From contig CAVSHB010000003.1 of the NCBI GenBank assembly GCA_963727775.1, forward strand, positions 480,001 through 544,000: a stretch of 64,000 bases of DNA. The letters are read 5' to 3'. The notes under the pieces are model-generated. The model worked only from the letters and a program-made list of their open reading frames with translations, did no database searches and was not told the DNA's origin. Shown piece by piece: positions 20,207 to 32,886 of the stretch (its first letter is position 1; every line of letters starts with the position of its first letter). The DNA comes from an uncultured Nitrospiraceae bacterium (GTDB taxonomy: Bacteria > Nitrospirota > Thermodesulfovibrionia > Thermodesulfovibrionales > SM23-35). The position numbers and the translations under genes are program-made.

Positions 20207-21513
20207 ACATACTGATTAAAAATGGAAGTATCTTAGACCCGTCTCAGGAAATTGATGGAATCGGGGATATCCTTATAGAGGCTGGCAAGATAAAGGAAGT
20301 CCGGATCAAGGGCAGAGCGCAGAGCGCAGAGCGTAAAGCTCAGAATCCCGGATTGCAGAACTCGGATCTCCGGACTATCGATGCGAGCGGATTGTTGGTT
20401 TTTCCCGGGCTTATCGATATGCACGTACATCTGAGGGAGCCGGGCTTCGAATACAAAGAAACAATAAAGACCGGGACCATGGCCGCAATCAAAGGCGGCT
20501 TTACCACGGTCTGTTGCATGCCGAACACCTTCCCTGTGAACGACAATGCGAGCGTTACGGAATTCATAAAAAGAAAGGCTTCGCAGGAAGGTTGTTGTTC
20601 AGTCCTGCCGATCGGCGCGATAACGAAAGGCCAGAAAGGCAAAGAGCTTGCAGAGATAGGCACCATGAGGAATGAAGGTTGCATCGCTTTTTCCGATGAC
20701 GGACAGCCGGTCATGAGCAGCCTTATCATGAGAAGGGCGCTTGAATATTCGAAGGCATTCAATGTGCCGGTAATCTCTCACTGCGAAGACCTCACCCTTT
20801 CCGAAGATGGAGTAATGAACGAAGGACTTATGTCCATAACACTCGGACTGAAAGGTACCCCTGTCGAGGCCGAACAGATAATGATCTTCAGGGATATTTT
20901 GCTGGCGGAGCTGACGGGCGGGAAATTGCATATCGCCCATGTTTCAACAGAAGGCTCGGTGGATCTGATCAGGAACGCAAAGAAAAGAGGGGTCCATGTT
21001 ACTGCAGAGACATGCCCTCACTATTTCAGCCTCACCGAAGAGGCTGTACAAGGTTATAATACGAATGCCAAGGTGAATCCCCCCCTAAGGACCGCGCGAG
21101 ATGTAGAAGCGATAAAAGAGGGGTTAAGAGACTGCACGATCGATGTGATCGTCACTGACCACGCTCCTCATCACAGGGATGAAAAACTGAGAGAATTTGA
21201 TATGGCGCCCTTCGGTATATCAGGACTCGATACGGCCTTGGGTTTAAGTTTGATGTTAGTCAAGAAAGGCATTCTTACACCGGTCCAGTTGGTCGAAAAG
21301 ATGGCCTGGAATCCTGCAAAGATTTTAGGAATAGACCGGGGGACTTTCAGGCCCGGCTCCGATGCGGATGTGGTCATCGTGGATGAGAACAAGGAATTCA
21401 GGGTTGATCCCGAACGTTTTATCTCAAAAGGGAGAAACACTCCCTTCGCAGGGTGGCCTTTAGAAGGCATGCCTGTTTTCACGATATACAGGGGAAAACT
21501 TTATGAATGGTAA
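20203..21513 (+). CDS. pyrC: Dihydroorotase
   Basis: [17 protein letters not shown] and TDHAPH; repeat-derived insert near the N-terminus. Confidence 0.95.
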   Translation: MNILIKNGSILDPSQEIDGIGDILIEAGKIKEVRIKGRAQSAERKAQNPGLQNSDLRTIDASGLLVFPGLIDMHVHLREPGFEYKETIKTGTMAAIKGGFTTVCCMPNTFPVNDNASVTEFIKRKASQEGCCSVLPIGAITKGQKGKELAEIGTMRNEGCIAFSDDGQPVMSSLIMRRALEYSKAFNVPVISHCEDLTLSEDGVMNEGLMSITLGLKGTPVEAEQIMIFRDILLAELTGGKLHIAHVSTEGSVDLIRNAKKRGVHVTAETCPHYFSLTEEAVQGYNTNAKVNPPLRTARDVEAIKEGLRDCTIDVIVTDHAPHHRDEKLREFDMAPFGISGLDTALGLSLMLVKKGILTPVQLVEKMAWNPAKILGIDRGTFRPGSDADVVIVDENKEFRVDPERFISKGRNTPFAGWPLEGMPVFTIYRGKLYEW

Positions 21514-22621
21514 AGCTTTATTAGTACTCTCCGACGGGATGGTTTTTGAGGGCCATGGATTCGGCTTTGACGGCGAAACCATCGGAGAGATCGTATTCAA
21601 CACGTCGATGACTGGATACCAGGAAATACTTACCGATCCTTCATATAAAGGCCAGATAGTTACCATGACATACCCCCAGATAGGCAATTACGGCATTAAT
21701 GAGGAAGACATTGAATCTTTAAGTGGTCCTAAGGTAGAGGGATTTGTGGTTAAAGAACATATCGATTTCCCAAGTAACTGGAGATCTTCTCTGTCCCTTG
21801 GCCGATATCTCAAGGACAATAAAATAGTTTGCATAGAAGGTATTGATACGCGGGCTTTGACAAGACACCTGAGAGATTACGGGGCTCAGACGGGAATAAT
21901 CTCTGCGATTGATCTTAATCCTGAAAGTCTTTTAGAAAAAGTCAGAAAACATCCCGGAATCTCTGCTTTTGATCTTGTCAAAGATGTGACAGCCAGAGAA
22001 AAATATATATGGAAAGAAGGCTGCTGGAAATGGTGTGTCGTTGAAAAAGGCAAAGCTGTACTAAAGGTGGTGGTTTATGATTTTGGTGTTAAATTCAACA
22101 TCTTAAGAAACCTTGTCGAAGCCGGCTTCGAAGTTACGGTTGTGCCTGCTCAGACACCCGCAGAAGCAGTGCTCGAAATGGAGCCCGATGGTATTATCCT
22201 GAGCAACGGGCCGGGAGATCCCGAGACCGTAACGTATGGCATCGAAAACGCAAATAAGCTTATGGGGAAGAAGCCGATCTTCGGCATCTGTCTCGGCCAT
22301 CAGATACTCGGTCTCGCAATGGGCGGGAGGACATATAAACTGAAATTCGGACATCACGGCGGCAATCATCCCGTAAAGGACTTATCTACGGGCAGGATAG
22401 AAATAACCTCACAGAACCATAACTACTGCGTAGATATCGAAAGTGTCAAAGGCAAGGCTGTGTTGACCCATAAGAATCTCTATGATGGGACGGAAGAAGG
22501 CATGCGGCATGTTGAATATCCCGTATTCTCTGTCCAGCACCATCCTGAAGCCGGCCCTGGTCCTAACGATTCTGCCCACCTGTTCAAAAGATTCAGAGAA
22601 TTGATAGAGAGCTATAAATAA
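21503..22621 (+). CDS. carA: Carbamoyl-phosphate synthase small subunit
   Basis: FNTSMTGYQE, SNGPGDP, GICLGHQ and HPEA. Confidence 0.97.
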   Translation: MNGKALLVLSDGMVFEGHGFGFDGETIGEIVFNTSMTGYQEILTDPSYKGQIVTMTYPQIGNYGINEEDIESLSGPKVEGFVVKEHIDFPSNWRSSLSLGRYLKDNKIVCIEGIDTRALTRHLRDYGAQTGIISAIDLNPESLLEKVRKHPGISAFDLVKDVTAREKYIWKEGCWKWCVVEKGKAVLKVVVYDFGVKFNILRNLVEAGFEVTVVPAQTPAEAVLEMEPDGIILSNGPGDPETVTYGIENANKLMGKKPIFGICLGHQILGLAMGGRTYKLKFGHHGGNHPVKDLSTGRIEITSQNHNYCVDIESVKGKAVLTHKNLYDGTEEGMRHVEYPVFSVQHHPEAGPGPNDSAHLFKRFRELIESYK

Positions 22622-23113
22622 ATGGATTTAGATTTTCAGGACATATTTAAGGAGCTTAATAAACTGCAAATTGATTACCTTGTTGTGGGAGGACTTGCGG
22701 TCAACTTTCATGGTGTTCCGAGAATGACTTACGATATTGATTTTATGATATTACTCGAAGAAAAAAATGTCGGTAAGTTAGTTTCAAAGCTTACCGCTTG
22801 GGGGTACCGTCCGAAAGCTCCCATTAATCCGATGGAACTTGCCGATGAGGCAAAGAGAAACTCCTGGATAAAAGAAAAAGGAATGAAGGCAGTAAACTTT
22901 TTCAGTGAGACATCGCCTATAGGAGAAATTGATATCGTTTTTGATTCACCGATTCCGTATAGCGAATTAAAAAGCAGAGCAGTTATGATTGAGATTGAAG
23001 GAGAAAGAATCCCGACTGTCTCAATCCATGACCTTATAAAGCTTAAGCAGAAGGCAGGGCGGAAACAAGATATTGCGGATATGGAATATCTTAAAATAAT
23101 TTTGGAGAAATAA
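22622..23113 (+). CDS. Nucleotidyltransferase-fold protein
   Basis: VVGGLAV..HG.PR.TYDID and LIKLK..AGR.QD..D. Confidence 0.8.
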   Translation: MDLDFQDIFKELNKLQIDYLVVGGLAVNFHGVPRMTYDIDFMILLEEKNVGKLVSKLTAWGYRPKAPINPMELADEAKRNSWIKEKGMKAVNFFSETSPIGEIDIVFDSPIPYSELKSRAVMIEIEGERIPTVSIHDLIKLKQKAGRKQDIADMEYLKIILEK

Positions 23114-23289
23114 TGGAAAATCAGAGAAAAGGATTTAGTTATACGGTGAGCAAAGAACAATTGGATGACTACCGTAAATGGCCTATAGAACGCCGGCTGA
23201 AGTGGCTTTATTTTGCCAACAAGATGAGAAACTCCCTCCCGCGAAAGACTATTGAGATTCAGGAATTGTTTCGTAATGGAAAGATATAG
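23113..23289 (+). CDS. 58-aa protein translationally coupled to the nucleotidyltransferase (not in ORF track)
   Basis: TAATG overlap; MENQRKGFSYTVSKEQLDDYRKWPIERRLKWLYFANKMRNSLPRKTIEIQELFRNGKI*; fills the gap to carB. Confidence 0.75.
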   Translation: MENQRKGFSYTVSKEQLDDYRKWPIERRLKWLYFANKMRNSLPRKTIEIQELFRNGKI

Positions 23290-23292
23290 ATT

Positions 23293-26200
23293 ATGCCGAA
23301 AAGAACTGATATCAGGAAAATCCTTCTTATAGGCTCCGGTCCGATCATCATAGGCCAGGCGTGCGAGTTTGATTATTCAGGCACACAGGCGTGCAAGGCT
23401 CTGAGGGAAGAAGGGTACAAGGTTGTTCTTGTAAATTCTAATCCTGCAACGATTATGACGGATCCCGAGACGGCTGATGTGACTTATATAGAGCCATTAA
23501 CCGCGGACATTCTTGAGATGATCATAGAAAAAGAAAAGCCCGATGCCATTCTGCCGACGATGGGCGGTCAGACCGCATTAAACCTGGCTGTTGAACTCGC
23601 CGAGAAAGGGGTCCTGGATAAATTTGGAATAGAGCTCATTGGCGCAAAACTCCATGCAATAAAAAAGGCGGAGGACCGGGAGCTCTTTAAGGAAGCCATG
23701 AAAAAGATAGGACTCGAGGTCCCTAAATCCTCACATGTGAGTTCACTGAAAGAAGGACTGGAGGCAATTGATGAAATCGGATTTCCGGCGATACTCAGAC
23801 CATCGTTCACTCTCGGCGGCACCGGCGGAGGCATAGCATACAATTTAGAGGAATATCAAGAATTGCTCGAACACGGCCTCAAACTCAGCCCGGTCAGGCA
23901 GGTGCTTGTCGAGGAATCCGCCATCGGGTGGAAGGAGTATGAGCTTGAGGTTATGCGCGATGGGAAAGACAATGTCGTTATCATCTGCTCCATAGAAAAC
24001 TTTGACCCTATGGGGGTCCATACGGGTGACTCGATTACTGTTGCTCCTGCCCAGACCTTAAGCGATAAAGAATATCAAAGGATGCGTGACGCGTCTATCG
24101 CAATCATACGCGAGATAGGCGTTGATACGGGCGGCTCGAATATCCAGTTTGCCCTGAATCAGAATAACGGTAAAATGGTGGTAATCGAAATGAACCCGAG
24201 GGTATCAAGGAGTTCGGCCCTTGCTTCAAAGGCAACGGGATTTCCTATAGCAAAGATCGCAGCAAAGCTTGCAATCGGCCTGAGTCTGGATGAGATTCCC
24301 AATGACATCACGAGAGAGACCCCCGCATCGTTTGAACCGACCATTGATTATGTTGTGACTAAGTTCCCGAGGTTTGCATTTGAAAAATTTCCCGAAGCAG
24401 ACCCGACATTGACTACACAGATGAAGTCTGTTGGAGAAGTGATGTCGATAGGAAGGACCTTTAAGGAATCCCTGCAGAAGGCGATCAGGAGCCTTGAGAT
24501 CGGCACTCGCGGGCTTGAGGATGTCGATGCCGATATGACTCTGACCAAATCAAAACTGAAGACCCCGAATGCCGAAAGGATATGGTATATAGCCCATGCG
24601 ATGCGGGAAGGGATGAGCATTCAGGATATATACGAAATGACATGGATAGACCCCTGGTTTTTGCATAATATCAAACAGATCGTTGATATGGAAGAAAAGA
24701 TAAAATCGATAAGTTCGAAGTTCAAAGTTCAAAGTTTAAATCCTGAGATGATAGAGATGCTGAAGGAGGCCAAGCAGGCCGGGTTTTCCGACAGGCGGAT
24801 CGGACAATTACTTGGCGTGCAGGAAGCAGATATACGGCATATAAGGCAAAGGAATAATATCCGCGCAGTTTATAAAATGGTAGACACCTGCGCAGCTGAG
24901 TTTGTAGCATACACTCCATATCTTTATTCGACCTATGAAGTGCCATTTTATAAAGTTGAAGGTGAAAAGTTAAAAGTGAAAAGTGAAAGTCAGACCCCCC
25001 CGCAGCCCCCCCTTGGTAAGGGGGGGATTGAAGGAAAGGTCATAGAAAATGAGGCGAACCCGAGCAGCAGAAAGAAGATTATCATACTCGGCTCAGGACC
25101 GAATAGAATCGGACAGGGTATCGAATTTGATTATTGCTGCGTGCACGCGGTATTTGCGCTTAAGGAACTCGGCTTCGAAACTATAATGGTAAATTGTAAT
25201 CCCGAGACTGTCAGTACAGATTATGATACAGCCGACAGGCTCTACTTTGAGCCGTTGACCATAGAGGATGTATTGAATATCATCGAGACAGAGAAACCGG
25301 AAGGAGTCATCGTCCAGTTCGGCGGACAGACACCTTTGAAACTTGCCGTGCCTCTCGAGAAGGAAGGTGTGAGGATTCTCGGCACATCTCCCGATTCTAT
25401 AGACCGCGCCGAGGACCGTAAACGGTTCAAAGAGTTGCTGCATAAACTCGATCTCATGCAAGCTGAAAGCGATACGGCCATGTCTGTTGAAGAAGCGCTG
25501 TCAGCTGCGGAGAAGATTGGGTTTCCCGTTATGGTGAGACCGTCTTACGTGCTCGGCGGCAGGGCCATGGAGATAGTCTACGATGAAAAATCATTGAAGG
25601 ATTATATGAAGCGCGCGGTTAAAGCTTCGCCGGAACATCCGGTTCTTGTGGACAAGTATCTGGAGGACGCGATTGAGGTTGATGTTGATGCACTTTCTGA
25701 TGGGACAGACGTGATCATCGGCGGGGTAATGGAGCATATCGAGGAAGCGGGCATTCATTCAGGGGATTCTGCTTGTTCGCTGCCTCCCCATTCGCTGAGT
25801 CCCGAGATCGTTGAAGAGATAAAAAAGCAGGCAAAGGCGCTTGCAAAGGAGCTTGATGTCATCGGTTTGATGAATGTCCAATTTGCTGTTAAGAACCAGG
25901 ACATCTATATACTGGAGGTAAACCCCAGGGCTTCGAGGACCGTGCCCTTTGTGGGGAAGGCCACCGGAGTCCCATTGGCAAAGATAGCAGCAAAACTTAT
26001 GGCAGGAAAGACATTGCGGGAACTCGGGCTTACATCAGAAAAGCATATAAAACATATTGCAGTTAAAGAGGCGGTCTTCCCGTTTGATAGATTCCACGGA
26101 GTCGACGCGATACTCGGTCCTGAAATGAAATCAACCGGAGAAGTTATGGGAATAGACGAGGACTTCGGGCTTGCTTTTGGAAAGTCCCAGGCATCAAGCG

Positions 26201-26619
26201 GCAACAGAATTCCTTTGGCAGGAAAGATATTCATCAGTCTGAAAGATAAAGATAAACCGGCTTCTATCCCGATAGTTCAAAAACTTCTTGAACTCGGCCT
26301 TTCAGTCATTGCAACCAGAGGCACAGCAAAGTATCTGAAAGACCGCGGCCTTGAGGTTGAGATTATTAATAAGGTGACGGAAGGAAGGCCGCATGTTGTT
26401 GATTTAATCAAAAATAAAGGTATCCATTTTGTAATCAATACAGTTACCGGCGCGCAGGCCCAAAAAGACTCATTTTCAATCCGGCAAAGTGCCATTCAGT
26501 ACAGGGTTCCGTTTACGACTACGATATCCGGTGCGAGCGCCGTGGTGAATGCAATAGAAAAGCTCAAGAAGGAACATATCCATATAAAATCGATACAGGA
26601 ATATCATAAAGGCAGCTAA
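23293..26619 (+). CDS. carB: Carbamoyl-phosphate synthase large subunit
   Basis: [16 protein letters not shown], two ATP-grasp halves and MGS domain. Confidence 0.98.
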   Translation: MPKRTDIRKILLIGSGPIIIGQACEFDYSGTQACKALREEGYKVVLVNSNPATIMTDPETADVTYIEPLTADILEMIIEKEKPDAILPTMGGQTALNLAVELAEKGVLDKFGIELIGAKLHAIKKAEDRELFKEAMKKIGLEVPKSSHVSSLKEGLEAIDEIGFPAILRPSFTLGGTGGGIAYNLEEYQELLEHGLKLSPVRQVLVEESAIGWKEYELEVMRDGKDNVVIICSIENFDPMGVHTGDSITVAPAQTLSDKEYQRMRDASIAIIREIGVDTGGSNIQFALNQNNGKMVVIEMNPRVSRSSALASKATGFPIAKIAAKLAIGLSLDEIPNDITRETPASFEPTIDYVVTKFPRFAFEKFPEADPTLTTQMKSVGEVMSIGRTFKESLQKAIRSLEIGTRGLEDVDADMTLTKSKLKTPNAERIWYIAHAMREGMSIQDIYEMTWIDPWFLHNIKQIVDMEEKIKSISSKFKVQSLNPEMIEMLKEAKQAGFSDRRIGQLLGVQEADIRHIRQRNNIRAVYKMVDTCAAEFVAYTPYLYSTYEVPFYKVEGEKLKVKSESQTPPQPPLGKGGIEGKVIENEANPSSRKKIIILGSGPNRIGQGIEFDYCCVHAVFALKELGFETIMVNCNPETVSTDYDTADRLYFEPLTIEDVLNIIETEKPEGVIVQFGGQTPLKLAVPLEKEGVRILGTSPDSIDRAEDRKRFKELLHKLDLMQAESDTAMSVEEALSAAEKIGFPVMVRPSYVLGGRAMEIVYDEKSLKDYMKRAVKASPEHPVLVDKYLEDAIEVDVDALSDGTDVIIGGVMEHIEEAGIHSGDSACSLPPHSLSPEIVEEIKKQAKALAKELDVIGLMNVQFAVKNQDIYILEVNPRASRTVPFVGKATGVPLAKIAAKLMAGKTLRELGLTSEKHIKHIAVKEAVFPFDRFHGVDAILGPEMKSTGEVMGIDEDFGLAFGKSQASSGNRIPLAGKIFISLKDKDKPASIPIVQKLLELGLSVIATRGTAKYLKDRGLEVEIINKVTEGRPHVVDLIKNKGIHFVINTVTGAQAQKDSFSIRQSAIQYRVPFTTTISGASAVVNAIEKLKKEHIHIKSIQEYHKGS

Positions 26620-26716
26620 CGTGAAATTATGTAAAAATTGTGTTAGTATGAAAAGTTAGCCTTAGCTGCCGGCAGGCTATCAAATATGAATTATTGCGAG
26701 TAATCAGGGGGTAAGT

Positions 26717-27868
26717 ATGCTGGGGAAAAACTATTTCTTTACTTCAGAGTCTGTAACAGAGGGCCATCCGGATAAGATTGCTGATCAGATCTCGGATTCT
26801 GTGCTTGATGCAATAATTGCCAAAGATCCGGTTTCCAGAGTTGCCTGTGAGGCGCTCGTGACTACAGGGTTGGCATTTGTGGCAGGTGAAATCAGTACAA
26901 GTTGCTATGTTGAAATCCCCGACATTGTCAGGGAAACTATAAAAGATATCGGCTATACAAGGGCAAAATACGGGTTTGATTATGAGACGTGCGCGGTGAT
27001 CACCTCCATTCACGCACAGTCCTCGGATATTGCCCTCGGGGTTGATATCGGCGGCGCCGGAGACCAGGGACTCATGTTCGGTTTTGCGTGCAATGAAACT
27101 GAAGAACTTATGCCGCTGCCGATCCTGCTTGCGCATAAGCTTGCCATGAGGCTGGCAGAACTCCGCAAGAAGGACATCCTCAGCTATCTAAGACCCGATG
27201 GCAAGACGCAGGTTACTGTTGAATATAAAGACGGCAAACCCTTAAGGGTAGACAGCGTTGTCGTTTCAACACAACACAGCCCGGATGTTACCCTGAAAGA
27301 GATAAAGGAAGACGTTATCGAGAAAGTAATAAAGCCCACGATTTCTCCCAAGCTCCTTGATGAGGAGCATATTAAATATTTTGTTAACCCGACAGGCCGT
27401 TTTGTGATCGGAGGTCCGATGGGCGATACGGGGCTTACGGGCAGAAAGATTATTGTCGACAGTTACGGCGGAGTCGGAAGTCACGGCGGGGGTTGTTTTT
27501 CAGGAAAAGACCCGTCAAAGGTCGATAGGTCAGGTTCTTATATGGCCCGGTATGTAGCAAAAAATGTTGTTGCATCAGGGATAGCCGACAAAGTACAAAT
27601 TCAGCTCGCGTATGCAATTGGAGTTCCGGAGCCTGTATCTGTGCTCGCTGAGACATACGGAACCGGAAAGATACCTCAAAGGGAAATAGTGAAAATTATC
27701 AGGAAAAATTTCAATCTCACGCCGCAAGGCATGATCGATACCCTTAATCTCAGGAGGCCGATCTACAAAAAAACGGCTGCCTACGGTCATTTTGGAAGAA
27801 ACGACCCTGATTTTACCTGGGAGAAAACAGACAAGGCAGAGATATTAAAGAAAGAGGCAGGACTGTAA
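26717..27868 (+). CDS. metK: S-adenosylmethionine synthetase
   Basis: [17 protein letters not shown] and [10 protein letters not shown]. Confidence 0.98.
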   Translation: MLGKNYFFTSESVTEGHPDKIADQISDSVLDAIIAKDPVSRVACEALVTTGLAFVAGEISTSCYVEIPDIVRETIKDIGYTRAKYGFDYETCAVITSIHAQSSDIALGVDIGGAGDQGLMFGFACNETEELMPLPILLAHKLAMRLAELRKKDILSYLRPDGKTQVTVEYKDGKPLRVDSVVVSTQHSPDVTLKEIKEDVIEKVIKPTISPKLLDEEHIKYFVNPTGRFVIGGPMGDTGLTGRKIIVDSYGGVGSHGGGCFSGKDPSKVDRSGSYMARYVAKNVVASGIADKVQIQLAYAIGVPEPVSVLAETYGTGKIPQREIVKIIRKNFNLTPQGMIDTLNLRRPIYKKTAAYGHFGRNDPDFTWEKTDKAEILKKEAGL

Positions 27869-27873
27869 AAACC

Positions 27874-27931
27874 AGGTCAAGGTTCAGGTTTAGGGTAAGA
27901 TTTTTATTGACCTCAGCCTCAACCTTGACCT
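27874..27931. repeat. Inverted arrays of hexamer repeats (hairpin)
   Basis: AGGTCA AGGTTC AGGTTT AGGGTA ... TGACCT CAGCCT CAACCT TGACCT. Confidence 0.65.
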
Positions 27932-27939
27932 TTATCTAA

Positions 27940-29214
<1,275 letters not shown>

Positions 29215-29275
29215 ACCCGATAATACAAATATTGCTCAACAACATCTGTATTATCTTATTGTATTTTGGAGTAAT

Positions 29276-29716
29276 GTGAAGGGCAAGATAGTCTCTATCA
29301 ACATTAGCGATAAAAAGGGTGTCAGGAAAAAACCAGTTAAGGGAGCAATACTAAAGACAGACTTTGGTATAGAAGGCGATGCGCATGCTTCTTCGAAATG
29401 GCACAGGCAGGTCAGCCTTCTGGCGCTTGAGAGTATCAAGAAGATGCAGGCAATGGGGCTTAAGGTTAACCCCGGTGATTTTGCAGAGAATATAACGACA
29501 GAGGGGATAGACCTCCTTCAACTTCCGGTGGGCACAAAAATGACGATAGGCAATATTATTGAGGTTGAAGTAAGTCAGATAGGCAAGGTCTGTCATACCC
29601 GTTGCGAGATATATCGCCAGGCGGGAGATTGTGTCATGCCGAAAGAGGGAATCTTCGTGAAAGTCTTAAGAGGTGGTACTATCAAAGAAGGAGATGAAAT
29701 AGTAGTCGGAATGTAG
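29276..29716 (+). CDS. MOSC domain protein
   Basis: GDAHA..WHRQVSLL, GDFAENI and C..MPKEG. Confidence 0.9.
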   Translation: MKGKIVSINISDKKGVRKKPVKGAILKTDFGIEGDAHASSKWHRQVSLLALESIKKMQAMGLKVNPGDFAENITTEGIDLLQLPVGTKMTIGNIIEVEVSQIGKVCHTRCEIYRQAGDCVMPKEGIFVKVLRGGTIKEGDEIVVGM

Positions 29717-29778
29717 CAGGCAGCAAACAGGTCCCCGGACTTTACTGTTGTCTACGTCTTCTGCCTACTGCCTGCTTA

Positions 29779-30264
29779 ATGATTACTGTTGCAATATTGA
29801 CTTTAAGCGATAAGGGGTCCAAAGGTGAGCGTAAAGATCTGAGCGGCCCGCTCATTCAAGAGATCTTGAAAGGCATAAATGCCGAGATTAAGCGCTATGA
29901 AATCCTGCCGGATGAAAAAGAAACCGTTAAAGAAAAGCTTATCCAATACAGCAATGAAGTTGACTTGATATTAACAACCGGCGGAACAGGGCTTTCGCCG
30001 AGAGACGTCACACCGGATGCAACTCTTGAAATAATCGATAGGCAGGTCCCCGGCATTGCGGAAGCGATGCGGATGGAAGGTCTCAAAAAGACAAACCGGG
30101 CGATGCTTTCACGGGCAGTGGCTGGCGTCAAAGGGAAGACGCTCATTATTAATCTTCCGGGAAGTCCAAAGGCAGTACAGGAAAACCTCACAGTTATTTT
30201 GGATGCCCTCCCGCATGCGATCGAAAAAATAAAGGGGGACCCAACTGAATGTGCGTCCGGGTAA
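29779..30264 (+). CDS. mog: Molybdopterin adenylyltransferase (MogA/MoaB family)
   Basis: TTGGTG.SPRDVTP, LSRAVAG and NLPGSPK. Confidence 0.9.
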   Translation: MITVAILTLSDKGSKGERKDLSGPLIQEILKGINAEIKRYEILPDEKETVKEKLIQYSNEVDLILTTGGTGLSPRDVTPDATLEIIDRQVPGIAEAMRMEGLKKTNRAMLSRAVAGVKGKTLIINLPGSPKAVQENLTVILDALPHAIEKIKGDPTECASG

Positions 30265-30358
30265 AAAATTCGGACTTCCAAAGAGATTAATTGGTTGTTA
30301 AAATAATATCAACTAACCTTTCATTTTTACTTCCTGTAATTTGTATTAAAATATCTTT

Positions 30359-31081
30359 ATGAAGGATATCTCATTCCCCTTAGCTTTTTTGGCCGGTATA
30401 TTGTCGTTTCTCTCCCCCTGTGTCCTTCCTTTGGTGCCTTCTTATGTCTCTTTTATTACCGGGGTTTCCTTTAAAGACCTTACCGTCGGGTTGGACAAAA
30501 AAAGGGTCCGATACCTGACAATGACAAACTCCGCGGCTTTTATTGCCGGTTTTTCCACAATATTCATTACCCTCGGGATATCATCCTCGGCTATCGGAAA
30601 GTTTTTGTTTCAGTATATGGATTTAATCAGGATAATAGGCGGGATACTCGTCATCATCTTCGGTCTTTTTATATCCGGTTTTCTGAAACTCGATTTCCTC
30701 ATGAAGGACAAGAAGATATATCTGAGCGGAAAGCCCGCCGGATACATCGGCACGTTCATTGTCGGTATGACATTCGCTGCCGGCTGGAGTCCATGCATAG
30801 GTCCGATCCTCGGAACGATCCTTGTCTACGCCGGCTCTAAGGGCTCTGCCCTGTACGGTTTTCAATTGCTCTCAGTCTATTCACTCGGTCTTGCAGTGCC
30901 TTTTTTTATCTCGGCACTTGCTATAAACGTCTTTTTAAGCTACTCACCGAAAATCGCAAAATCCATGCGGATAATCATGATAGTGAGCGGCCTTCTCCTC
31001 ATTATTTTCGGTATCCTGCTCCTGACGGACCAGTTAAGAGCACTCGGCAGGCTTATGCCTAATGCAGGGATAAAGCTTTAG
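30359..31081 (+). CDS. ccdA: Cytochrome c biogenesis protein CcdA
   Basis: FLSPCVLP and WSPCIGP, about six TM helices. Confidence 0.92.
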   Translation: MKDISFPLAFLAGILSFLSPCVLPLVPSYVSFITGVSFKDLTVGLDKKRVRYLTMTNSAAFIAGFSTIFITLGISSSAIGKFLFQYMDLIRIIGGILVIIFGLFISGFLKLDFLMKDKKIYLSGKPAGYIGTFIVGMTFAAGWSPCIGPILGTILVYAGSKGSALYGFQLLSVYSLGLAVPFFISALAINVFLSYSPKIAKSMRIIMIVSGLLLIIFGILLLTDQLRALGRLMPNAGIKL

Positions 31082-31644
31082 AAATCGATCCCCCTCTGCG
31101 GCTCTATGCCTTGTCTGTAGGCGTGTTTGATCTCTTTCGTTTCGGTAACTGTGTGGGCTTTGGCTATGATGTCCGGGGGGGCATCCCTTCCGGTAAGAAC
31201 GAGATGCATGAGAGGCGGTTTGATTTCTATCAACTCTATTACCTGCTGCAAATCAACGAGTTTTAATTTGACTGCATTATTGATTTCGTCGAGGATTAGA
31301 ATGTCGAAATTTCCTGAAAGCATTTTCTCCTTCGAAAGTTTAATAGCATCCTGGGCATTAGCACGATGTTCCTCGAAGGGGTAAGGGTTTCCCATTATTC
31401 CGCAGAAGCCCTTCCCTGTCAGATGGAACTCGACATTCGGGGACAGTCTTCTTATGCCGTCAATTTCTCCCGAGTACATATCCCCTTTCATAAACTCTAT
31501 GATACAAATCTTCATATCATGCCCTACAGCCCTTAACGCGATGCCCAAAGCAGAAGTAGTCTTCCCCTTCCCGTGTCCGGTTATCACGACAATAAGACCG
31601 ATTTTCTCTTTTGGTTCAAAAATCCGAAGTTTTAATTCTTCCAT
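31078..31644 (-). CDS. cobO: Cob(I)alamin adenosyltransferase (CobO/BtuR)
   Basis: TGHGKGKTT, LDEI and LTGR. Confidence 0.9.
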   Translation of the reverse strand: MEELKLRIFEPKEKIGLIVVITGHGKGKTTSALGIALRAVGHDMKICIIEFMKGDMYSGEIDGIRRLSPNVEFHLTGKGFCGIMGNPYPFEEHRANAQDAIKLSKEKMLSGNFDILILDEINNAVKLKLVDLQQVIELIEIKPPLMHLVLTGRDAPPDIIAKAHTVTETKEIKHAYRQGIEPQRGIDF

Positions 31645-31654
31645 ATCACGGCAG

Positions 31655-32548
31655 TCAGATATTTAAAAGTCTTTTATTTATCTCAATCGCCGCGACAGCG
31701 CCCTCGCCGGCGGCGATAATAGCCTGATCATGACCGGTATTCAGAGGCCCCACAATATAAAGCCCGTCTAAGGAGGACTCGAAGTTATGATTAACAATAT
31801 ATTTAAACCCCCGGCTGTCCTTTTTCAGGGGCAGTGCCCCGATAAAGTCATCGCTTAATTTAAAGCCGAAATCAGACATGACGACCTCGCATTCGATCCT
31901 TCTTCCGTCCTGAAGTTCCAACGCCTCGATTTTTTCATCTCCGATGATTTTACCCGGCCGTCCTTTAACGAGCGGGATGCCTTCTTCTTTCATTAATTCT
32001 TTATATTCTTCAGGCGGGTCATAAAAATAGACTATGAGAATAATATCTTTTGTGAACATTTCTTTCATCGCAAAGGCAAGACGCACGGTGCTTATTGAAT
32101 TTCCGATGATTACCAGTTTTTTGCCGGTGGTTTTAAATCCATCACAGTCTGCGCATGTAAAGAAATATGTTCCCAGAAATTTATAAATGTTTTCTATAGG
32201 AGGGAGGTTATCGTAGCCGCCCGAAGAAACTATTGCAAATTTTGAAAAAAATTTATTCTTATCGGCTTCGACTTCAAAATGATCTTTTTTCAATACCTTA
32301 TTGACTCGCGCCTTTTCGATTTGAACATTGAACCCAATTGCCTGTGACATTCCGGTTTCTATAATTTCCTTCCCTGAAATGACCTTCTGAGTAATAAAAT
32401 TTTCGATCTGTCTGGCATGAGAAGTTCTCCCTCCACCCCTATCTATTAATAGCACATCCCTGTTGAACCTTCCCAAATATATGGAAGCCTGCAGGCCGCC
32501 GGGACCTGCGCCGATGATAATGCAATCATATATTTTTTCTTCAGTCAT
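31655..32548 (-). CDS. Thioredoxin-reductase-like FAD oxidoreductase
   Basis: IIGAGPGG, CADCDG and AAGEGA. Confidence 0.85.
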   Translation of the reverse strand: MTEEKIYDCIIIGAGPGGLQASIYLGRFNRDVLLIDRGGGRTSHARQIENFITQKVISGKEIIETGMSQAIGFNVQIEKARVNKVLKKDHFEVEADKNKFFSKFAIVSSGGYDNLPPIENIYKFLGTYFFTCADCDGFKTTGKKLVIIGNSISTVRLAFAMKEMFTKDIILIVYFYDPPEEYKELMKEEGIPLVKGRPGKIIGDEKIEALELQDGRRIECEVVMSDFGFKLSDDFIGALPLKKDSRGFKYIVNHNFESSLDGLYIVGPLNTGHDQAIIAAGEGAVAAIEINKRLLNI

Positions 32549-32730
32549 ACAATAAAAGATTATAAATTTCTATTTAAGAATGAAGCTTGAGATTATTCTA
32601 TTCAAGCATTATATCAAAGTTCAGCCTAAAAGCTTATAACATGAAAAATATATTGCCTTCGGGCATATTGCCTCTGCAGCATGGAAATATGCCTGATAAA
32701 AGGACAACTATATTTATTTTTTATTAATAG

Positions 32731-32765
32731 TATCAATGAGTTATAGCGCTGGTATCGCTCTTGCT
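32731..32765 (+). promoter_or_regulatory. IHF site plus sigma54 (-24/-12) promoter
   Basis: TATCAATGAGTTA (32731-32743) fits WATCAANNNNTTR; TGGTAT-CGCTC-TTGCT (32750-32765) fits GG-N10-GC. Confidence 0.7.
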
Positions 32766-32886
32766 TTTCAGTTAAGCGAGGAAGGTTTTTGGACATTATC
32801 ACGGGGAGTGATATACTGAGAATTTATACAGAGTCTGAATTTTATTCGCGCGTAAATATTATTTTTTCACATAAAGGAGAATAGGC

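Noticed and set aside
26620..26716. SAM riboswitch before metK
   Set aside because: Only a short hairpin; no SAM-I core (ATC..GAG, GCAACC, GTGC) visible
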